Origin: Lingula anatina
Lineage: Eukaryota > Animalia > Brachiopoda
Direction: 5' to 3'
Assembly (NCBI GenBank): GCA_051362555.1
Contig: CM120642.1
Coordinates: 22,320,001 to 22,384,000 of the forward strand
Length of the DNA stretch: 64,000 bases
Under the pieces are notes generated by a model. It saw only the letters and a list, made by a program, of their open reading frames with translations, had not been told where the DNA came from and did not search any database. How positions within the stretch are numbered: the stretch's first letter is position 1; every line of letters begins with the position of its first letter. A program made the translations under genes and the position numbers. Below are positions 1 through 15,000 of this stretch, in pieces.

Positions 1-3000
1 GCCCAAATTCCACAAATATTCGACAAGATTTGTCAAAATTATTAACGTTTAACTATTTTATACCATGAAATTTGGTAGTATTTTTAGTGTTATTTTCAGT
101 TTTTTCAACTTTATTGTCCTAAAAAAATCTTTTTCATTGGACCCAGTCAACTGATGAGCTTATCACAGATTTTTATTGATTTTAAGCATCATTTGTACAA
201 ATTTCACAAATATTGGACTAGATTTGTCAAAATGATTAATATTTAACTATTTGAAGTCATGGACTTTGGCAGTCTTTTCAATGTAACATTCAGTTTTCTA
301 AAATATATTGTCCGAAAAAAATCATTTTCATGAGACACAGTCAACTGATGAGCTTTTCACAGATTTTTATTGTTGTTATGAATGATCTGTCGAAATTTCA
401 CAGATATTGTACTAGATTTGTCAAAATTATTAACGTTTAACTATATTAATGCACCGAATTTGGTAGACTTCTCAATGTAATTTTCAGTTTTCTCAAATTT
501 ATATGCTCTGAAAAAATCTTATTCATGAGACACAGTCAACTGATGAGCTTTTCACAGATTTTTATCGTTGTTATGCATCATCTGTCCAAATTTCACAAAT
601 ATTGGACTAGATTTGTAAAAATTATTAACGTTTAACTATTTTAAGGCATAGCATTGTCAGTGTTTTCAGTGTCATTTTCAGTTTTCTTTAATTTATATGT
701 TCTGAAAAAATCTTTTTCATTAGACATTGTCAACTGATTTGGTTTTTTTCAGATTTTTGTTGATGTTAAGCATGATTTGTACAAATTTCACAAATATTGG
801 ACTAGATTTGTCAAAATTACTAACGTTTAACTATTTGAAGTCATGGACTTTGACAGTGTTTTCAGTGTTATTTTCAGTTCCAAAAATATCCTCTTTATTA
901 GACACAGTCAACTCTTAAGCTAAACTTTATCAAAGTTATTAATGTTTAACTATTTAAGTCTGTGAAATTTGTCCATTTTTAAATTTTAATTTTCACTTTT
1001 TTCAAATATATTGTTCTTTTTCCAGGTGACTTTTTCCATACAGCGTGGTGGGTTTTTTGATGAACTGATTCTTCCTGTCCGGTCATGGCTAATTCCTGTA
1101 GAAAAAACAGGCAGTGAAAGACAACAGCAAGAGCAATGGTCTGTCTCATCCATGTGTACAATAGATGGTATGTGGCAAGCTTTAGGACATTGTCAAATGG
1201 TGTGCTAAACATGATTCCAGAAACCGATTGTAAGGAGGAATCTGCATCTGGTATTGGTAGTAAGGAGAAGACTTGAATGGGTATATATTTTTTTTGCAGA
1301 GGACAATTACACTTCTATGATACACAGTCAAGTGATAAGCTTATCACAGATTTTTATTACTGTTCAGCATCATTTGCCCAAATTCCACAAATATTCGACA
1401 AGATTTGTCAAAATTATTAACGTTTAACTATTTTATACCATGAAATTTGGCAGTATTTTTAGTGTTATTTTCAGTTTTTTCAACTTTATTGTCCTAAAAA
1501 AAAACTTTTCATTGGACCCAGTCAACTGATGAGCTTAGCACAGATTTTTATTGATTTTAAGCATCATTTGTACAAATTTCACAAATATTCGACAAGATTT
1601 GTCAAAATTATTAACATTTAACTATTTTATACCATGAAATTTGGCAGTATTTTTAGTGTTATTTTCAGTTTTTCAACTTTATTGTCCTAAAAAAATCTTT
1701 TTCATTGGACCCAGTCAACTGATGAGCTTATCACAGATTTTTATTGATTTTAAGCATCATTTGTACAAATTTCACAAATATTGGACTAGATTTGTCAAAA
1801 TGATTAATATTTAACTATTTGAAGTCATGGACTTTGGCAGTCTTTTCAATGTAACATTCAGTTTTCTAAATTATATTGTCCGAAAAAATCATTTTCATGA
1901 GACACAGTCAACTGATGAGCTTTTCACAGATTTTTATTGTTGTTATGAATGATCTGTCCAAATTTCACAGATATTGTACTAGATTTGTCAAAATTATTAA
2001 CGTTTAACTATATTAATGCACCGAATTTGGTAGACTTCTCAATGTAATTTTCAGTTTTCTCAAATTTATATGCTCTGAAAAAATCTTATTCATGAGACAC
2101 AGTCAACTGATGAGCTTTTCACAGATTTTTATCTTTGTTATGCATCATCTGTCCAAATTTCACAAATATTGGACTAGATTTGTAAAAATTATTAACGTTT
2201 AACTATTTTAAGGCATAGCATTGTCAGTGTTTTCAGTGTCATTTTCAGTTTTCTTTAATTTATATGTTCTGAAAAAATCTTTTTCATTAGACATTGTCAA
2301 CTGATTTGGTTTTTTTCAGATTTTTGTTGATGTTAAGCATGATTTGTACAAATTTCACAAATATTGGACTAGATTTGTCAAAATTACTAACGTTTAACTA
2401 TTTGAAGTCATGGACTTTGACAGTGTTTTCAGTGTTATTTTCAGTTCCAAAAATATCCTCTTTATTAGACACAGTCAACTCTTAAGCTAAACTTTATCAA
2501 AGTTATTAATGTTTAACTATTTAAGTCTGTGAAATTTGTCCATTTTTAAATTTTAATTTTCACTTTTTTCAAATATATTGTTCTTTTTCCAGGTGACTTT
2601 TTCCATACAGCGTGGTGGGTTTTTTGATGAACTGATTCTTCCTGTCCGGTCATGGCTAATTCCTGTAGAAAAAACAGGCAGTGAAAGACAACAGCAAGAG
2701 CAATGGTCTGTCTCATCCATGTGTACAATAGATGGTATGTGGCAAGCTTTAGGACATTGTCAAATGGTGTGCTAAACATGATTCCAGAAACCGATTGTAA
2801 GGAGGAATCTGCATCTGGTATTGGTAGTAAGGAGAAGACTTGAATGGGTATATATTTTTTTTGCAGAGGACAATTACACTTCTATGATACACAGTCAAGT
2901 GATAAGCTTATCACAGATTTTTATTACTGTTCAGCATCATTTGCCCAAATTCCACAAATATTCGACAAGATTTGTCAAAATTATTAACGTTTAACTATTT

Positions 3001-6000
3001 TATACCATGAAATTTGGCAGTATTTTTAGTGTTATTTTCAGTTTTTTCAACTTTATTGTCCTAAAAAAAACTTTTCATTGGACCCAGTCAACTGATGAGC
3101 TTAGCACAGATTTTTATTGATTTTAAGCATCTTTTGTACAAATTTCACAAATATTCGACAAGATTTGTCAAAATTATTAACATTTAACTATTTTATACCA
3201 TGAAATTTGGCAGTATTTTTAGTGTTATTTTCAGTTTTTCAACTTTATTGTCCTAAAAAAATCTTTTTCATTGGACCCAGTCAACTGATGAGCTTATCAC
3301 AGATTTTTATTGATTTTAAGCATCATTTGTACAAATTTCACAAATATTGGACTAGATTTGTCAAAATGATTAATATTTAACTATTTGAAGTCATGGACTT
3401 TGGCAGTCTTTTCAATGTAACATTCAGTTTTCTAAATTATATTGTCCGAAAAAATCATTTTCATGAGACACAGTCAACTGATGAGCTTTTCACAGATTTT
3501 TATTGTTGTTATGAATGATCTGTCCAAATTTCACAGATATTGTACTAGATTTGTCAAAATTATTAACGTTTAACTATATTAATGCACCGAATTTGGTAGA
3601 CTTCTCAATGTAATTTTCAGTTTTCTCAAATTTATATGCTCTGAAAAAATCTTATTCATGAGACACAGTCAACTGATGAGCTTTTCACAGATTTTTATCG
3701 TTGTTATGCATCATCTGTCCAAATTTCACAAATATTGGACTAGATTTGTAAAAATTATTAACGTTTAACTATTTTAAGGCATAGCATTGTCAGTGTTTTC
3801 AGTGTCATTTTCAGTTTTCTTTAATTTATATGTTCTGAAAAAATCTTTTTCATTAGACATTGTCAACTGATTTGGTTTTTTTTAGATTTTTATTGATGTT
3901 AAGCATGATTTGTACAAATTTCACAAATATTGGACTAGATTTGTCAAAATTACTAACGTTTAACTATTTGAAGTCATGGACTTTGACAGTGTTTTCAGTG
4001 TTATTTTCAGTTCCAAAAATATCCTCTTTATTAGACACAGTCAACTCTTAAGCTAAACTTTATCAAAGTTATTAATGTTTAACTATTTAAGTCTTTGAAA
4101 TTTGTCCATTTTTAAATTTTAATTTTCACTTTTTTCAAATATATTGTTCTTTTTCCAGGTGACTTTTTCCATACAGCGTGGTGGGTTTTTTGATGAACTG
4201 ATTCTTCCTGTCCGGTCATGGCTAATTCCTGTAGAAAAAACAGGCAGTGAAAGACAACAGCAAGAGCAATGGTCTGTCTCATCCATGTGTACAATAGATG
4301 GTATGTGGCAAGCTTTAGGACATTGTCAAATGGTGTGCTAAACATGATTCCAGAAACCGATTGTAAGGAGGAATCTGCATCTGGTATTGGTAGTAAGGAG
4401 AAGACTTGAATGGGTATATATTTTTTTTGCAGAGGACAATTACACTTCTATGATACACAGTCAAGTGATAAGCTTATCACAGATTTTTATTACTGTTCAG
4501 CATCATTTGCCCAAATTCCACAAATATTCGACAAGATTTGTCAAAATTATTAACGTTTAACTATTTTATACCATGAAATTTGGCAGTATTTTTAGTGTTA
4601 TTTTCAGTTTTTTCAACTTTATTGTCCTAAAAAAAAACTTTTCATTGGACCCAGTCAACTGATGAGCTTAGCACAGATTTTTATTGATTTTAAGCATCAT
4701 TTGTACAAATTTCACAAATATTCGACAAGATTTGTCAAAATTATTAACGTTTAACTATTTTATACCATGAAATTTGGCAGTATTTTTAGTGTTATTTTCA
4801 GTTTTTCAACTTTATTGTCCTAAAAAAATCTTTTTCATTGGACCCAGTCAACTGATGAGCTTATCACAGATTTTTATTGATTTTAAGCATCATTTGTACA
4901 AATTTCACAAATATTGGACTAGATTTGTCAAAATGATTAATATTTAACTATTTGAAGTCATGGACTTTGGCAGTCTTTTCAATGTAACATTCAGTTTTCT
5001 AAATTATATTGTCCGAAAAAATCATTTTCATGAGACACAGTCAACTGATGAGCTTTTCACAGATTTTTATTGTTGTTATGAATGATCTGTCCAAATTTCA
5101 CAGATATTGTACTAGATTTGTCAAAATTATTAACGTTTAACTATATTAATGCACCGAATTTGGTAGACTTCTCAATGTAATTTTCAGTTTTCTCAAATTT
5201 ATATGCTCTGAAAAAATCTTATTCATGAGACACAGTCAACTGATGAGCTTTTCACAGATTTTTATCGTTGTTATGCATCATCTGTCCAAATTTCACAAAT
5301 ATTGGACTAGATTTGTAAAAATTATTAACGTTTAACTATTTTAAGGCATAGCATTGTCAGTGTTTTCAGTGTCATTTTCAGTTTTCTTTAATTTATATGT
5401 TCTGAAAAAATCTTTTTCATTAGACATCGTCAACTGATTTGGTTTTTTTCAGATTTTTATTGATGTTAAGCATGATTTGTACAAATTTCACAAATATTGG
5501 ACTAGATTTGTCAAAATTACTAACGTTTAACTATTTGAAGTCATGGACTTTGACAGTGTTTTCAGTGTTATTTTCAGTTCCAAAAATATCCTCTTTATTA
5601 GACACAGTCAACTATTAAGCTAAACTTTATCAAAGTTATTAATGTTTAACTATGTAAGTCTGTGAAATTTGTCCATTTTTAAATTTTAATTTTCACTTTT
5701 TTCAAATATATTGTTCTTTTTCCAGGTGACTTTTTCCATACAGCGTGGTGGGTTTTTTGATGAACTGATTCTTCCTGTCCGGTCATGGCTAATTCCTGTA
5801 GAAAAAACAGGCAGTGAAAGACAACAGCAAGAGCAATGGTCTGTCTCATCCATGTGTACAATAGATGGTATGTGGCAAGCTTTAGGACATTGTCAAATGG
5901 TATGCTAAACATGATTCCAGAAACCAATTGTAAGGAGGAATCTGCATCTGGTATTGGTAGTAAGGAGAAGACTTGAATGGGTATATATTTTTTTTGCAGA

Positions 6001-9000
6001 GGACAATTACACTTCTATGATACACAGTCAACTGATAAGCTTATCACAGATTTTTATTACTGTTCAGCATCATTTGCCCAAATTCCACAAATATTCGACA
6101 AGATTTGTCAAAATTATTAACGTTTAACTATTTTATACCATGAAATTTGGCAGTATTTTTAGTGTTATTTTCAGTTTTTTCAACTTTATTGTCCTAAAAA
6201 AATCTTTTTCATTGGACCCAGTCAACTGATGAGCTTATCACAGATTTTTATTGATTTTAAGCATCATTTGTACAAATTTCACAAATATTGGACTAGATTT
6301 GTCAAAATGATTAATATTTAACTATTTGAAGTCATGGACTTTGGCAGTCTTTTCAATGTAACATTCAGTTTTCTAAAATATATTGTCCGAAAAAAATCAT
6401 TTTCATGAGACACAGTCAACTGATGAGCTTTTCACAGATTTTTATTGTTGTTATGAATGATCTGTCGAAATTTCACAGATATTGTACTAGATTTGTCAAA
6501 ATTATTAACGTTTAACTATATTAATGCACCGAATTTGGTAGACTTCTCAATGTAATTTTCAGTTTTCTCAAATTTATATGCTCTGAAAAAATCTTATTCA
6601 TGAGACACAGTCAACTGATGAGCTTTTCACAGATTTTTATCGTTGTTATGCATCATCTGTCCAAATTTCACAAATATTGGACTAGATTTGTAAAAATTAT
6701 TAACGTTTAACTATTTTAAGGCATAGCATTGTCAGTGTTTTCAGTGTCATTTTCAGTTTTCTTTAATTTATATGTTCTGAAAAAATCTTTTTCATTAGAC
6801 ATTGTCAACTGATTTGGTTTTTTTCAGATTTTTGTTGATGTTAAGCATGATTTGTACAAATTTCACAAATATTGGACTAGATTTGTCAAAATTACTAACG
6901 TTTAACTATTTGAAGTCATGGACTTTGACAGTGTTTTCAGTGTTATTTTCAGTTCCAAAAATATCCTCTTTATTAGACACAGTCAACTCTTAAGCTAAAC
7001 TTTATCAAAGTTATTAATGTTTAACTATTTAAGTCTGTGAAATTTGTCCATTTTTAAATTTTAATTTTCACTTTTTTCAAATATATTGTTCTTTTTCCAG
7101 GTGACTTTTTCCATACAGCGTGGTGGGTTTTTTGATGAACTGATTCTTCCTGTCCGGTCATGGCTAATTCCTGTAGAAAAAACAGGCAGTGAAAGACAAC
7201 AGCAAGAGCAATGGTCTGTCTCATCCATGTGTACAATAGATGGTATGTGGCAAGCTTTAGGACATTGTCAAATGGTATGCTAAACATGATTCCAGAAACC
7301 AATTGTAAGGAGGAATCTGCATCTGGTATTGGTAGTAAGGAGAAGACTTGAATGGGTATATATTTTTTTTGCAGAGGACAATTACACTTCTATGATACAC
7401 AGTCAACTGATAAGCTTATCACAGATTTTTATTACTGTTCAGCATCATTTGCCCAAATTCCACAAATATTCGACAAGATTTGTCAAAATTATTAACGTTT
7501 AACTATTTTATACCATGAAATTTGGCAGTATTTTTAGTGTTATTTTCAGTTTTTTCAACTTTATTGTCCTAAAAAAATCTTTTTCATTGGACCCAGTCAA
7601 CTGATGAGCTTATCACAGATTTTTATTGATTTTAAGCATCATTTGTACAAATTTCACAAATATTGGACTAGATTTGTCAAAATGATTAATATTTAACTAT
7701 TTGAAGTCATGGACTTTGGCAGTCTTTTCAATGTAACATTCAGTTTTCTAAAATATATTGTCCGAAAAAAATCATTTTCATGAGACACAGTCAACTGATG
7801 AGCTTTTCACAGATTTTTATTGTTGTTATGAATGATCTGTCGAAATTTCACAGATATTGTACTAGATTTGTCAAAATTATTAACGTTTAACTATATTAAT
7901 GCACCGAATTTGGTAGACTTCTCAATGTAATTTTCAGTTTTCTCAAATTTATATGCTCTGAAAAAATCTTATTCATGAGACACAGTCAACTGATGAGCTT
8001 TTCACAGATTTTTATCGTTGTTATGCATCATCTGTCCAAATTTCACAAATATTGGACTAGATTTGTAAAAATTATTAACGTTTAACTATTTTAAGGCATA
8101 GCATTGTCAGTGTTTTCAGTGTCATTTTCAGTTTTCTTTAATTTATATGTTCTGAAAAAATCTTTTTCATTAGACATTGTCAACTGATTTGGTTTTTTTC
8201 AGATTTTTATTGATGTTAAGCATGATTTGTACAAATTTCACAAATATTGGACTAGATTTGTCAAAATTACTAACGTTTAACTATTTGAAGTCATGGACTT
8301 TGACAGTGTTTTCAGTGTTATTTTCAGTTCCAAAAATATCCTCTTTATTAGACACAGTCAACTCTTAAGCTAAACTTTATCAAAGTTATTAGTGTTTAAC
8401 TATTTATGTCTGTGAAATTTGTCCATTTTTAAATTTTAATTTTCACTTTTTTCAAATATATTGTTCTTTTTCCAGGTGACTTTTTCCATACAGCGTGGTG
8501 GGTTTTTTGATGAACTGATTCTTCCTGTCCGGTCATGGCTAATTCCTGTAGAAAAAACAGGCAGTGAAAGACAACAGCAAGAGCAATGGTCTGTCTTATC
8601 CATGTGTACAATAGATGGTATGTGGCAAGCTTTAGGACATTGTCAAATGGTGTGCTAAACATGATTCCAGAAACCGATTGTAAGGAGGAATCTGCATCTG
8701 GTATTGGTAGTAAGGAGAAGACTTGAATGGGTATATATTTTTTTGCAGAAGACAATTACACTTCTATGATACACAGTCAACTGATAAGCTTATCACAGAT
8801 TTTTATTACTGTTCAGCATCATTTGCCCAAATTCCACAAATATTCGACAAGATTTGTCAAAATTATTAACGTTTAACTATTTTATACCATGAAATTTGGC
8901 AGTATTTTTAGTGTTATTTTCAGTTTTTTCAACTTTATTGTCCTAAAAAAATCTTTTTCATTGGACCCAGTCAACTGATGAGCTTATCACAGATTTTTAT

Positions 9001-12000
9001 TGATTTTAAGCATCATTTGTACAAATTTCACAAATATTGGACTAGATTTGTCAAAATGATTAATATTTAACTATTTGAAGTCATGGACTTTGGCAGTCTT
9101 TTCAATGTAACATTCAGTTCTCTAAATTATATTGATCGAAAAAAATCATTTTCATGAGACACAGTCAACTGATGAGCTTTTCACAGATTTTTATTGTTGT
9201 TATGAATGATCTGTCCAAATTTCACAGATATTGTACTAGATTTGTCAAAATTATTAACGTTTAACTATATTAATGCACCGAATTTGGTAGACTTCTCAAT
9301 GTAATTTTCAGTTTTCTCAAATTTATATGCTCTGAAAAAATCTTATTCATGAGACACAGTCAACTGATGAGCTTTTCACAGATTTTTATCGTTGTTATGC
9401 ATCATCTGTCCAAATTTCACAAATATTGGACTAGATTTGTAAAAATAATTAACGTTTAACTATTTTAAGGCATAGCATTGTCAGTGTTTTCAGTGTCATT
9501 TTCAGTTTTCTTTAATTTATATGTTCTGAAAAAATCTTTTTCATTAGACATTGTCAACTGATTTGGTTTTTTTCAGATTTTTATTGATGTTAAGCATGAT
9601 TTGTACAAATTTCACAAATATTGGACTAGATTTGTCAAAATTACTAACGTTTAACTATTTGAAGTCATGGACTTTGACAGTGTTTTCAGTGTTATTTTCA
9701 GTTCCAAAAATATCCTCTTTATTAGAAACAGTCAACTCTTAAGCTAAACTTTATCAAAGTTATTAATGTTTAACTATTTAAGTCTGTGAAATTTGTCCAT
9801 TTTTAAATTTTAATTTTCACTTTTTTCAAATATATTGTTCTTTTTCCAGGTGACTTTTTCCATACAGCGTGGTGGGTTTTTTGATGAACTGATTCTTCCT
9901 GTCCGGTCATGGCTAATTCCTGTAGAAAAAACAGGCAGTGAAAGACAACAGCAAGAGCAATGGTCTATCTCATCCATGTGTACAATAGATGGTATGTGGC
10001 AAGCTTTAGGACATTGTCAAATGGTGTGCTAAACATGATTCCAGAAACCGATTGTAAGGAGGAATCTGCATCTGGTATTGGTAGTAAGGAGAAGACTTGA
10101 ATGGGTATATATTTTTTTTGCAGAGGACAATTACACTTCTATGATACACAGTCAAGTGATAAGCTTATCACAGATTTTTATTACTGTTCAGCATCATTTG
10201 CCCAAATTCCACAAATATTCGACAAGATTTGTCAAAATTATTAACGTTTAACTATTTTATACCATGAAATTTGGCAGTATTTTTAGTGTTATTTTCAGTT
10301 TTTTCAACTTTATTGTCCTAAAAAAAAACTTTTCATTGGACCCATTCAACTGATGAGCTTAGCACAGATTTTTATTGATTTTAAGCATCATTTGTACAAA
10401 TTTCACAAATATTCGACAAGATTTGTCAAAATTATTAACGTTTAACTATTTTATACCATGAAATTTGGCAGTATTTTTAGTGTTATTTTCAGTTTTTCAA
10501 CTTTATTGTCCTAAAAAAATCTTTTTCATTGGACCCAGTCAACTGATGAGCTTATCACAGATTTTTATTGATTTTAAGCATCATTTGTACAAATTTCACA
10601 AATATTGGACTAGATTTGTCAAAATGATTAATATTTAACTATTTGAAGTCATGGACTTTGGCAGTCTTTTCAATGTAACATTCAGTTTTCTAAATTATAT
10701 TGTCCGAAAAAATCATTTTCATGAGACACAGTCAACTGATGAGCTTTTCACAGATTTTTATTGTTGTTATGAATGATCTGTCCAAATTTCACAGATATTG
10801 TACTAGATTTGTCAAAATTATTAACGTTTAACTATATTAATGCACCGAATTTGGTAGACTTCTCAATGTAATTTTCAGTTTTCTCAAATTTATATGCTCT
10901 GAAAAAATCTTATTCATGAGACACAGTCAACTGATGAGCTTTTCACAGATTTTTATCGTTGTTATGCATCATCTGTCCAAATTTCACAAATATTGGACTA
11001 GATTTGTAAAAATTATTAACGTTTAACTATTTTAAGGCATAGCATTGTCAGTGTTTTCAGTGTCATTTTCAGTTTTCTTTAATTTATATGTTCTGAAAAA
11101 ATCTTTTTCATTAGACATCGTCAACTGATTTGGTTTTTTTCAGATTTTTATTGATGTTAAGCATGATTTGTACAAATTTCACAAATATTGGACTAGATTT
11201 GTCAAAATTACTAACGTTTAACTATTTGAAGTCATGGACTTTGACAGTGTTTTCAGTGTTATTTTCAGTTCCAAAAATATCCTCTTTATTAGACACAGTC
11301 AACTATTAAGCTAAACTTTATCAAAGTTATTAATGTTTAACTATTTAAGTCTGTGAAATTTGTCCATTTTTAAATTTTAATTTTCACTTTTTTCAAATAT
11401 ATTGTTCTTTTTCCAGGTGACTTTTTCCATACAGCGTGGTGGGTTTTTTGATGAACTGATTCTTCCTGTCCGGTCATGGCTAATTCCTGTAGAAAAAACA
11501 GGCAGTGAAAGACAACAGCAAGAGCAATGGTCTGTCTCATCCATGTGTACAATAGATGGTATGTGGCAAGCTTTAGGATATTGTCAAATGGTATGCTAAA
11601 CATGATTCCAGAAACCAATTGTAAGGAGGAATCTGCATCTGGTATTGGTAGTAAGGAGAAGACTTGAATGGGTATATATTTTTTTTGCAGAGGACTATTA
11701 CACTTCTATGATACACAGTCAACTGATAAGCTTATCACAGATTTTTATTACTGTTCAGCATCATTTGCCCAAATTCCACAAATATTCGACAAGATTTGTC
11801 AAAATTATTAACGTTTAACTATTTTATACCATGAAATTTGGCAGTATTTTTAGTGTTATTTTCAGTTTTTTCAACTTTATTGTCCTAAAAAAATCTTTTT
11901 CATTGGACCCAGTCAACTGATGAGCTTATCACAGATTTTTATTGATTTTAAGCATCATTTGTACAAATTTCACAAATATTGGACTAGATTTGTCAAAATG

Positions 12001-15000
12001 ATTAATATTTAACTATTTGAAGTCATGGACTTTGGCAGTCTTTTCAATGTAACATTCAGTTTTCTAAAATATATTGTCCGAAAAAAATCATTTTCATGAG
12101 ACACAGTCAACTGATGAGCTTTTCACAGATTTTTATTGTTGTTATGAATGATCTGTCCAAATTTCACAGATATTGTACTAGATTTGTCAAAATTATTAAC
12201 GTTTAACTATATTAATGCACCGAATTTGGTAGACTTCTCAATGTAATTTTCAGTTTTCTCAAATTTATATGCTCTGAAAAAATCTTATTCATGAGACACA
12301 GTCAACTGATGAGCTTTTCACAGATTTTTATCGTTGTTATGCATCATCTGTCCAAATTTCACAAATATTGGACTAGATTTGTAAAAATTATTAACGTTTA
12401 ACTATTTTAAGGCATAGCATTGTCAGTGTTTTCAGTGTCATTTTCAGTTTTCTTTAATTTATATGTTCTGAAAAAATCTTTTTCATTAGACATTGTCAAC
12501 TGATTTGGTTTTTTTCAGATTTTTATTGATGTTAAGCATGATTTGTACAAATTTCACAAATATTGGATTAGATTTGTCAAAATTACTAACGTTTAACTAT
12601 TTGAAGTCATGGACTTTGACAGTGTTTTCAGTGTTATTTTCAGTTCCAAAAATATCCTCTTTATTAGACACAGTCAACTCTTAAGCTAAACTGTATCAAA
12701 GTTATTAGTGTTTAACTATTTAAGTCTGTGAAATTTGTCCATTTTTAAATTTTAATTTTCACTTTTTTCAAATATATTGTTCTTTTTCCAGGTGACTTTT
12801 TCCATACAGCGTGGTGGGTTTTTTGATGAACTGATTCTTCCTGTCCGGTCATGGCTAATTCCTGTAGAAAAAACAGGCAGTGAAAGACAACAGCAAGAGC
12901 AATGGTCTGTCTTATCCATGTGTACAATAGATGGTATGTGGCAAGCTTTAGGACATTGTCAAATGGTGTGCTAAACATGATTCCAGAAACCGATTGTAAG
13001 GAGGAATCTGCATCTGGTATTGGTAGTAAGGAGAAGACTTGAATGGGTATATATTTTTTTGCAGAAGACAATTACACTTCTATGATACACAGTCAACTGA
13101 TAAGCTTATCACAGATTTTTATTACTGTTCAGCATCATTTGCCCAAATTCCACAAATATTCGACAAGATTTGTCAAAATTATTAACGTTTAACTATTTTA
13201 TACCATGAAATTTGGCAGTATTTTTAGTGTTATTTTCAGTTTTTTCAACTTTATTGTCCTAAAAAAATCTTTTTCATTGGACCCAGTCAACTGATGAGCT
13301 TATCACAGATTTTTATTGATTTTAAGCATCATTTGTACAAATTTCACAAATATTGGACTAGATTTGTCAAAATGATTAATATTTAACTATTTGAAGTCAT
13401 GGACTTTGGCAGTCTTTTCAATGTAACATTCAGTTTTCTAAAATATATTGTCCGAAAAAAATCATTTTCATGAGACACAGTCAACTGATGAGCTTTTCAC
13501 AGATTTTTATTGTTGTTATGAATGATCTGTCCAAATTTCACAGATATTGTACTAGATTTGTCAAAATTATTAACGTTTAACTATATTAATGCACCGAATT
13601 TGGTAGACTTCTCAATGTAATTTTCAGTTTTCTCAAATTTATATGCTCTGAAAAAATCTTATTCATGAGACACAGTCAACTGATGAGCTTTTCACAGATT
13701 TTTATCGTTGTTATGCATCATCTGTCCAAATTTCACAAATATTGGACTAGATTTGTAAAAATTATTAACGTTTAACTATTTTAAGGCATAGCATTGTCAG
13801 TGTTTTCAGTGTCATTTTCAGTTTTCTTTAATTTATATGTTCTGAAAAAATCTTTTTCATTAGACATCGTCAACTGATTTGGTTTTTTTCAGATTTTTAT
13901 TGATGTTAAGCATGATTTGTACAAATTTCACAAATATTGGATTAGATTTGTCAAAATTACTAACGTTTAACTATTTGAAGTCATGGACTTTGACAGTGTT
14001 TTCAGTGTTATTTTCAGTTCCAAAAATATCCTCTTTATTAGACACAGTCAACTATTAAGCTAAACTTTATCAAAGTTATTAATGTTTAACTATTTAAGTC
14101 TGTGAAATTTGTCCATTTTTAAATTTTAATTTTCACTTTTTTCAAATATATTGTTCTTTTTCCAGGTGACTTTTTCCATACAGCGTGGTGGGTTTTTTGA
14201 TGAACTGATTCTTCCTGTCCGGTCATGGCTAATTCCTGTAGAAAAAACAGGCAGTGAAAGACAACAGCAAGAGCAATGGTCTGTCTCATCCATGTGTACA
14301 ATAGATGGTATGTGGCAAGCTTTAGGATATTGTCAAATGGTATGCTAAACATGATTCCAGAAACCAATTGTAAGGAGGAATCTGCATCTGGTATTGGTAG
14401 TAAGGAGAAGACTTGAATGGGTATATATTTTTTTTGCAGAGGACAATTACACTTCTATGATACACAGTCAACTGATAAGCTTATCACAGATTTTTATTAC
14501 TGTTCAGCATCATTTGCCCAAATTCCACAAATATTCGACAAGATTTGTCAAAATTATTAACGTTTAACTATTTTATACCATGAAATTTGGCAGTATTTTT
14601 AGTGTTATTTTCAGTTTTTTCAACTTTATTGTCCTAAAAAAATCTTTTTCATTGGACCCAGTCAACTGATGAGCTTATCACAGATTTTTATTGATTTTAA
14701 GCATCATTTGTACAAATTTCACAAATATTGGACTAGATTTGTCAAAATGATTAATATTTAACTATTTGAAGTCATGGACTTTGGCAGTCTTTTCAATGTA
14801 ACATTCAGTTTTCTAAATTATATTGTCCGAAAAAATCATTTTCATGAGACACAGTCAACTGATGAGCTTTTCACAGATTTTTATTGTTGTTATGAATGAT
14901 CTGTCCAAATTTCACAGATATTGTATTAGATTTGTCAAAATTATTAACGTTTAACTATATTAATGCACCAAATTTGGTAGACTTCTCAATGTAATTTTCA

